Shown piece after piece: positions 55,246 through 64,000 of a stretch of 64,000 nucleotides of DNA. The DNA comes from Octopus vulgaris (lineage: Eukaryota): contig OX597814.1 in NCBI GenBank assembly GCA_951406725.2, positions 58,962,001-59,026,000 on the forward strand, written 5' to 3'. The stretch's first letter is position 1. The number at the start of each line of letters is the position of its first letter. Made by a program: the position numbers and the translations under genes. The notes under the pieces were generated by a model. The model made no database searches. It was not told where the DNA came from and saw only the letters and a list, made by a program, of their open reading frames with translations.

Positions 55246-57028
55246 AGTAGAAAAATAAAATCATTCTGTGTGTGTGCGTATGTGTGTGTGTGTTGAATCT
55301 TAAATTCCTTGTCCGTGCTATTATTGTTTTGATGAGTTTGATCCCTGAAACTAAATCTGTTCATCGGCACAATTTGTATATAGAAGAAATTTGAACTCAG
55401 AATGTGAATTTGCGATAACGAGACTATGCTTGCGATAAAACTGATCTCTATAACTTCCATATTATTTGGTAACTGAAGCTTCAAATATACATCAATCCAT
55501 AGTTTAATATGTATAGTGACTTGTTAATGTTTTTTTTTTTTCGTTTATCTGGCGCTCCACGAACTAATTTGCTGCCTGTAGTTTCAGTACCAATGGGTGA
55601 ATCTTTTATCAGTACCACCTAGGATACTTGATACTGCATCATGTAAAACCGCTTTACACACGAATATTTCTAGATAAAACAAAGCAAGGGCGTGGCAACC
55701 TGACATAATAACATATTCAATTAGTCAAATATATTATGCGATAAGAACTGAGGCAGACAACCACGCGTACATTTGATCATATTAGGTTTCATAAGCAACT
55801 CACTTGTCGAACTGTGACAGCTACATCTTTGAACCACAAGAAATGTAATGCATTATGTGAAAGAGTTCAGTGTAGCACTATGAATTAATAGAATGAGCGG
55901 GAAAGTATCCAAGAAAAACAGGTGCATGAAAATGTTAAAGTTGAAGTTGTAAACAAAAAATATTAAATTATTTTTAAACAGACAGTGAAGAGAAGTAACG
56001 TTTTCAAATATTTCTTGGGAGAATAATAAAAAAAATTGTTTTTAACCTCATTTTGTTGTCATTATAATCAATGTTGCTACATTTAACTCATTTCTCTATA
56101 ATAAATCTCTGTATTCAGTTCTTGAAGAGTTGACGTATAAATCCGTTGCAAGGCAGCCTGGTGAAAGTATTCTCTATGCGAATTATAAACAAGTGAATAG
56201 CACAGCGAAATATTACATGCTACTTAAAATTTATTCCATAAAATGCTACTAAAGATTTGCAATATAACCCAAATCAACTTGACTGAACAAATTTGGGAAT
56301 AATTTGATTTTAACAAGGAGGACTCACTCCCCGGAAACATTTCTACTTGTGCATCTATGTGCATTATTTATATTTTTAATAGATTGTACATGATGGCAAG
56401 TGATATGCGATTAATTGTTTGTAACGTCATCAGGAAATTCGCTGTAAATAATATTTGTCACCAAAACATTTAGTTCGAAAAGAACATGAATTTAACGGTT
56501 ATTTGTATAATTTTTGACAATCAAATTCTATTCATTGGTTATCAACCATGCTAGGCCTACATCAAATGTTATAGTTCCAACGTGCCCCCAACATGTCTTG
56601 TAACCTGGAATCAACTGATCAGAAAATTTTAACTACTGGGCCATGTGTGCATATACATAATGATCGAATGTATATAAGACGTGTTGAATGTATGTATGTG
56701 TTCAAGTGACCAATTCAAGTGACCATAGTATGTACGCAAATAAACTTTGAAATATCGAATAATTTTAACACCTGCTTAAATGGGCACGTTGAAATAAACG
56801 CAATCGTTACATGATATGAAATGATGCATCATTCTCACATTAATCGGAATATGACAGTTTGCGGTCAAAATAAAGTTTCTGCCAATTAAACATTATCTAA
56901 TGTATTAAGTAACGATGTTTCCAAATTAGTTTATAAGAAAATAGGTATTCAGCGCATATGGACATGTAAAACATACGTCACTAAATATAACCTTGGAATA
57001 TTTCGTGTAAACTTACGGGTAGGAGGTC

Positions 57029-57352
57029 AAGACTCCCTTCGGTCATAAATGACCACTGGATTGCCCTGCAAAAGCTCCCCTCCGAGGCACAAGTCCGTGA
57101 AATTTTGTTTATGGATGACTAGCAGTCGCCCAAGCATACCAGCCTCCTATCGCTACCGATGTTTCCCGACGGAAAGGCAAATGCCGATACAGCTTAGCAA
57201 CAGCGATGTCGCAACTCATTTCTACAGCAGACTGAACTGGAGCATCGTGAAATAAAGTGTCTTGCTCAAGAAAACAACACAGCGCGATCTGGGTATCGAA
57301 CTCACTACCACATGATTGTAAACCCGACGCCCTAACCGCTGATTCATGCGCC
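57029..57352 (-). mobile_element. SINE family C
   Basis: Reverse-complement homologue of 15669-16008. Confidence 0.88.
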
Positions 57353-57379
57353 TTCACATACACTTATGTGGTTAAGGCA

Positions 57380-58280
57380 AATGTAATGATGCTAAAGCTG
57401 TAAAATCTTGTATGCATGAATTTCAACCCTTCTTCCTTATAACTAGATTGAGTCTCTACTTGTAAACAAATACCTCACTGTCCAAAGAAGATTTCAAAAG
57501 TAAGTAGTTGCCACCTGCCCTGAAAATGGACAAAATTTGGTATTCACAGAAAAAGAGAATAACCACCACGGGAATTCACGCTGACACGATTGCTACATTA
57601 GGGGATGTTGCTTCAACTTTATCAACAGCGGAAAGTTGGGCAGCTGAATTTGCCAGAGGAAGCAAGAGACCCGAGGACTGGAGGTCCTGCAACTGCCACC
57701 ACCGACGAATACATTGATTGCGTTCACTACATAGTGAAGAACGACAACTGATAAACGATAATTCAAATGGTTAATTCTATTAGCATATCTCGTGTAAGAG
57801 TTTTGAATATCCTGCATAAGGTACCTGACATGACGGAGCCTGCTTCTCGGTGGGTTCTAAGTCTTCTGATGCATGATCAAAAGCGTATCAGGCTGATCAC
57901 ATCACGGGAGAATCTGATATTGTTTCAGGCAGATATAATTGGTTTCCTTGAACGTTTCCTACCCAAGATGTGTGTTTGGTTCATCACTTGGAGCCAGAGA
58001 GAAAGAGACAAACCATGCCACGGAAACACCACTCGCCACTTGCTCCAAAGATCATGCGCGTTTCATATGCAGAGAAGTGGATGCCTTTAGCCTTTCCGGA
58101 TGCAAGAAGACCCATACCAACAATGGGGAGTACTATACCAACTTGTTGAGGCAGATACGAAAGGCTATCATGAAATAACACCTAGAAATTTCAATGTCTG
58201 CTGTGCGTGTATATGGCTTTGTACTGGTTGTTCATCGTTTCCATTCTCCTAGTGTAGCCCGAACTTACTAGCATCTGTAC
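57380..58280 (+). mobile_element. Degenerate mariner relic, same family as 1094-2355
   Basis: IHADTIATLGDVASTLSTAESWAAEF (HTH) and ASRWVLSLLMHDQKRIR...FLERF; ends are approximate. Confidence 0.8.
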
Positions 58281-58524
58281 TATTCATCATAAAGAGATAC
58301 ACATACGTTCATATACACGTACTCTGTTTCATTAAAAGATAGACAAGTTGTTGGTCGGAGAATCTAAAGAAGGAATAAATTTACATAGCCCTATGTGGTG
58401 TGTGCATGTATGAAACTCTCTTTGTCTACATTATTGTCTAAAATTCTGCTAATAAAACATTTGATAAATTGCTGGTTATGCGGATATCATATTTTCTTTT
58501 ATTATTATAATATCATTAAGTGCA

Positions 58525-58579
<55 letters not shown>

Positions 58580-58617
58580 AGGAGTTAAAATACAGTTGTT
58601 ATTCAAATCTTTGTACA

Positions 58618-58689
58618 TCCTACATATGTTTCGAAGAAACATTGGAGGGAAGAAAATGATGTAAAACAATGCGATCTTCTCATCAGGGA
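58618..58689 (-). ncRNA. Type I hammerhead ribozyme with intact core
   Basis: UCC-CUGAUGA-GAAGA...UCUUC-GAAA-CAUAUG-UA-GGA. Confidence 0.8.
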
Positions 58690-60366
58690 GAAAAAGAGAT
58701 ACAAAACACATCACTAAGCCATATTTAAACCGAAGCTAATGACTGAGTATATGATGAAGAGAAAACTGGGAAGTTTGTTTTTAACTGTTAATAGATTTAA
58801 AGCCACAAGCAATTTAGAGAAAAAGAAGGAGGAGAAAGAAAGAAATTGGCAGAAAGCCATGAGTGGAGAAATGTAGTGCGATAGATGAATGTGAATAAAG
58901 CTTAAAAGCGTGGAAATAGATATATCTCGGGGATATGAAATGTAAGAAAACATTTAACGGTCAAATTTTATAGATTGGTGGAAATGACGTATAGGAACTA
59001 AAGGTATTATTTTGCCAATTTTTGCAACGATAAACACGTTCTTTAAACGTGTTTACAAGAGAATTCTCTGAGAACAGAATGAGATACATTTCTTCGTTAC
59101 AGAGCGGACAAGAAGATTTACATTTATCACATGGAAAGAACCTAGATTGAATATTTCATTCCAAGTCAAATTGTTTATTATATTGCTTCAGAGACCAAAT
59201 TTTTCTACTAAGCCAGTATTGTTGTCATATATATTAATATATGTATAATTGTAGAGTAATGTTTAGATAACGTTTTGCACAACTGAGGTGAAGAACTACC
59301 TATGTAAAAAAAAAACGTCAGAACCAGGAAGTACATTTCTAAACAAAGATTATTGTCGTAGAAGTACTGCTAAGGAAACGAATGTGATTCGAATTCATGT
59401 CACAAATGCTAATATTGTCGTTATTATTGAACAAAGAATAGTTGCTGTTAATAATATATATGTTACTTTTTTCATTAAGTTGATTTGTATTTAACAGCTT
59501 ATTGTTATGCGAAGAGGTAATTTGTGAACGGATTTTGGTGTTTGAAAACCCTCTTTTGATTCCATGTGAGTTGATAATAGAATGGTATCTTGGATTTTTT
59601 TGCGGGAAATACATATCTACAGTTTCACAGAACTGGTAAGGAAGGTTAGATTCGATCTGCTTACCATATGGAATTATCAACCAAAATGATTTACTAGGAC
59701 ATACCTTACCTTGTTTTTAGGCTTTTATAACAAAATAGGCTCTTAAAAACCGTTACCTTACTTATGCTGCAAAATTAAATTGTTCGATGTAGTGTTGTTA
59801 TTCGAACTAAGATTTATGTTGTCATTACAACAATATTGGGCTTAGTATATTAATTTGGACTCTGAAGGAACATAATAAACAATTTGATTTGGAATGAAAT
59901 ATTCTATCTAGGTCAATTCCTTATGATATATGTAAATTTTCTCGTCCGCTCTGTAACGGAGAACTGTATCTCATCCTGTTCTCGGAGAATTCTCTTGTAA
60001 ACACGTTTAAAGAACGCCTTTATCGTTGCAAAAATTGGCAAAACATACCTACAGTTCCTATATATAATTTCTACTTATGTATAAAATTTGACCTTTAACT
60101 GTCTTCTTACATTTCATTTCCACGAAATATATCTTTTTCCACTTCTTTGAGCTTTATTCGCATTCATCTATCTCACTGCATTTCTCCACTCTTCCTTTTC
60201 TGCTAATTTCTTTCTTTCTCCTCCTTCTCTTTCTCTAAATTGCATTTGACGTTAAATTTATTAACGGTTTTTGATTTTTAAATAACTTGCCAGCATTTCC
60301 TTTATCATACACGCAGTCATCAGCTTCGGTTAAAATGGTTAAAATGTTTTGTTTCTGTTTGTTTTT

Positions 60367-60450
60367 CTCCCGATGAGAAGATCGCATTGTTTTATATCAT
60401 CTTATTCCCTATGGAATAGTACCATTGCTTACTTCGAACCATATGTTGGA
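60367..60450 (+). ncRNA. Degenerate hammerhead (inverted partner)
   Basis: CCGAUGA-GAAG...CUUC-GAAC-CAUAUG-UU-GGA, with core mutations. Confidence 0.6.
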
Positions 60451-60690
60451 AGTATAAAAATTTGAATAACACCTGCGTTTAACTCCATTTGTTTATTTTC
60501 CTCTTATACAAAAACATTCCACTAAACCCTGGAATTTCTACCTGTATAAGTAGGCTTGGTACTCATGTGAATTTTTGGCCACCCTTGTAACTATTTTTAC
60601 CGGTGTATATGTACACACTGAAAAAATACACACACACACACACACATATATATATATGTATGCATGTATATATACATATGCGTATATTTT

Positions 60691-60734
<44 letters not shown>

Positions 60735-61334
60735 TATCATATTATATTATATGCATGCATGTATACTTGTGCATTATTGTTTAACAGCAGTGAATATAAT
60801 TTACTGGTTTCTCCAGTATAGGAAAATCAGCGAGAGTGATAAAGAGGTGCGGACTGAGTGCTCATACTAGATTTTGTGGCACACCATGAGTAAAGGAACG
60901 CTATGCGTCAGAGGAAAAAGAGTAGAAGGATGATGACGAAGGATACATAGGGTAGTTGCTTGTAGCTAAAAGCAAACTCTGCCATAGTTAATATATACTG
61001 TGTTGAATATTACCCTTAGATGCTATTCAAGTAAGCTGTTTACCAGCACAGTAGTTTCCTTCCTTTATTTTAAAAGATATTATCTATCATAAGAATTTAT
61101 TGAAAACTGTTCCGAATGAATAAATCATTATAATTGCTACAATATTAATTCACGTTTGCGACCATTTGCTAATATCAGGAAATATGTCATACAAACCAAT
61201 GATTAATGTAAATTAACTACTTATCAATTTACATTGCGGCAAAAGTATTGTTTTGAAATTATCCATAATATGACGGGCAAGAGATTTGCTGTGTAATAAA
61301 CGATGAGTTTTGTACTGCTCATCAATTTTCGTTC

Positions 61335-62560
61335 TATTGGTTTGGCAACTAAGTTCCCGCGTTTTCTTTAAACTTTGGAATTTATTTTATTCGAATATTC
61401 TATTTTTTAATCATTTTGAAATCTATTTTTCTTATATTTTATTTAATTTTAGTTAATTTTTGTTTATTTCCAGATCATTAAAATGGAATATCAAGTTAAC
61501 GAGCGTTTTCGATGTCTTCTTTTGCTTTTAATCAAGGTTCTAAGGCCGCAAACGCTGTTCTCGTCATTTGTGCTGTGTATGGAGAGGGTGCCATATCTGA
61601 AAGAACCGCTGGTGATTGGTATGCCAAGTTCAAAAGTGGAAATGTTGTCCTCAAAGACATACCTCGTTCTGGTCGTCCTGTTGAGTTCGATGAAGAGCGA
61701 TTAAACCAACTTTTGCACGAAAATTTTCCTCAAACGACATGGGAAAATGGAATGATCCTACACTTCGATAGAGAAGAATCATCACTCGATGGGAAAGGTA
61801 CAGAAGTATGGAGCATGGGTTTCGTATGCTTTAACTAACAACAAAAATCAACGAGCCACAATCTCCGCTGGCTTGCTTGCTCGTCACCGCTCAATTCATG
61901 GACACAAGCAACGATTTCTTTGCCGAATCGTTACTGGCGACGAAAAATGGTGTCTGTACATCAATATAAACCAGCGCAAGGAATGACTTAGCCCTAGTAA
62001 AGAAGTGAAACCGCGCGTGAAACAAAATCTTCACTCGCGTAAAACGATGTTGTGTGTATGGTGGGGCTGGGAAGGGATTATCCATTACGAATTGCTTGAA
62101 CGGAACCAAACGGTCAACGCGGAACTCTATGTTCAACACATGGAATGACTCAACACGGCTATTCAAGAGAAAAGACCCAATCGACAGCATGGAGTTCGTT
62201 TGCTGAAAGAAGACGCTCTCCCTCGTATCCCCAAATATGACCAAGTAAGCCATACAAACTCATGGCTGGGAAGTGCTGCCACACATGCCGTACTCTCCTG
62301 ATTTGGCACCAAAAAATTTCCACCTCTTTCGATCTCTTTCAAATGCTATGCGTAGAGTTTCGTTCAATACTGATGGCGAATTGAGAGTTTGTTTGGATTA
62401 ATTGTTCAAGTGGAATTCGGGTGATTTCTACCAAGGAGGTATTGAAAATCTCGTTGAACGTTGGGAAGAAGTTGTAAACAAGGTGCCTGTACATCACTAT
62501 TAAACCTTTTAAAAAATTAAAATGTAAAAGAACGGCGTGATCTTGGTTGCCAACCCAATA
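61335..62560 (+). mobile_element. Full-length mariner element with TA target duplication; transposase pseudogene at about 61483-62500
   Basis: TIRs TA-TTGGTTTGGCAACTAAG and CTTGGTTGCCAACCCAA-TA. Motifs PRSGRP, WVSYAL, IVTGDEKW and YSPDLAP, with several frameshifts and stops. Confidence 0.93.
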
Positions 62561-63544
62561 CTTGAAGCATTGTTGCATGTTAGAAATTATATTCACTGAG
62601 AAGTCACATGTACTTTCTAAAGAGATTAGTTGAAAGAATAGTTGAACGTAAAACATTTGCGAAGCTGCGAAAAGTTAATTTCTTATCTGACACTTGTTTC
62701 AAATAATGTTCATATCAAGAAGAAATACTGTGGAGACAATTGAACTAGATATAGAAATAAACAAAATCTAGGGTTCTACGATGTTGAAAATGTACGTCTG
62801 GAAAATTTTTCTTTTTGAACACACTTGTGAATTAGGAAATTTTGAGATATTGATTTCGATAGGTGTTTTACAACCCAAGTTTCAATAAAACGTATGCATT
62901 TCGCAACAGAGAAAAGAAAATATAGTAACACTTAACATTATAAATCATACAATATTGCAAGATATAAAGAAACACGTATAACATGAGATGCTACTGATAG
63001 ACTCTGCATTAGTAACAAAATGTAAAATAAATATACAACGAAAATGTAGTAACGTGCGAAATTGCAATATAAAAAATTGAAATAAGGGGATGATACCAAA
63101 TTAATAAAAATATAGAAACAAGATCGGAACGGACATTATTCTTATAAATTCAAATACAGCCTTAAATCAGAAGTGCTCACACAGAGATACGAAGTATGTC
63201 ATCCCACTGCCTAGTTTCACATTGTTGCTCCTTTCATTGCTTTTCAGTGCTGTAGAGTATCAAAGACATAAGTAGTAATTTCCTGAAACTAAGTAGATTT
63301 ATTCCGTTGACAGACACGATGAAGTTAAGGAGAATTATTGATCGAGTTATGTGGATGACAGAGAGCTCAATATCTTATCGAATCAGCCACACACAGCTGT
63401 CCTCTTCCCAAGACGCCTACTTCTCAGATACACTGGGTCGATCCATAATGTCAATTATTAGCATATGCATGTCTTCTAAATTTTTGCTGATGGTGATAAT
63501 GCAATTGATATGTTATTTTAGATTAATTGCGGCTGTGTGGTAAG

Positions 63545-64000
63545 TAATAATAATAATGTTCGCCCTTCGGGTTCGAAGATGATCATTGACATTATTTGGT
63601 GGAATTGCTGCTATGAGACCGGAGGAGGCTGGTGAGGCCAATCCGGGCAAGAATGCCCCTTCCACAAGTGGGGAAGAAGTGGGTAGGGGCTGTGCTATTG
63701 GTGCAGGTGGCTCTGGCTTTCCGCATCTGGCGTTTATGTTCTGCTGACTGAATCCGTCTCTCCTCGGCTGTCTTTGCTCCTGTCGTGATTGCGCTGCGCC
63801 AGGATGAGCGGTCGGCAGCAATGTCTCCCAAGTCTCTGTGCCGATGGAGAAGTCTTTGAGAGAGACTTTGCGACTGTCCTTGAAGCGCTTCTTCTGCCCT
63901 CCGACTTTGCGTTTGCCCTGGCTGAGTTCACCGTAGAAGAGCTGTTTTGGGGTGCGAGTGTCGGACATGCGGGAGACGTGGCCTGCCCATCTCAGCTGGG
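63545..64000 (-). mobile_element. RTE-clade LINE 3' end, continuing beyond the window
   Basis: QLRWAGHVSRMSDTRTPKQLFYGEL..GKR..GGQKKRFKD, AADRSSWRSAI, PTCGR...RIGL, short 3' UTR and (ATT)n tail. Confidence 0.92.

Larger units (their letters stand above)
58581..60486. mobile_element. Older PLE fold-back: minus copy about 59720-58581, plus copy about 59733-60486
   Basis: Inverted homology, for example 8 differences over 90 bp in the endonuclease part. Minus strand reads LIIPYG...FYIGSSS...LSRKIWSLK..CPLCNEE. Hammerheads near both outer ends. Confidence 0.88.

Overview
AT-rich, microsatellite-dense eukaryotic DNA in which I can support no host protein-coding exon; it reads as intronic or intergenic. 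The SINE families and repeat make-up resemble an octopus (coleoid cephalopod) genome, which is an inference from recall. The content is almost all transposon-derived: three tRNA-derived SINE families, three mariner relics, one Tc1 relic, CR1-type and RTE LINE 3' ends, and many Penelope-like elements (PLEs, Neptune type, RT plus GIY-YIG). The main signal is that the PLE termini carry minimal type I hammerhead ribozyme motifs (CUGANGA...GAAA-short, mostly palindromic stem III-UH; about 10 copies from several families). Most PLE insertions are fold-back inverted repeats, from a 110-bp mini-palindrome that appears to turn on the ribozyme's own stem II up to a near-perfect 2.6-kb palindrome with an 8-nt loop. 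PLE hammerheads and inverted pLTRs are known in general. The stem-II snap-back and a 3.5-kb PLE 3' region with an internal inverted block are the parts that may be undescribed. Nearly all ORFs in the supplied track are microsatellite artefacts. Element boundaries were read by eye and are approximate.
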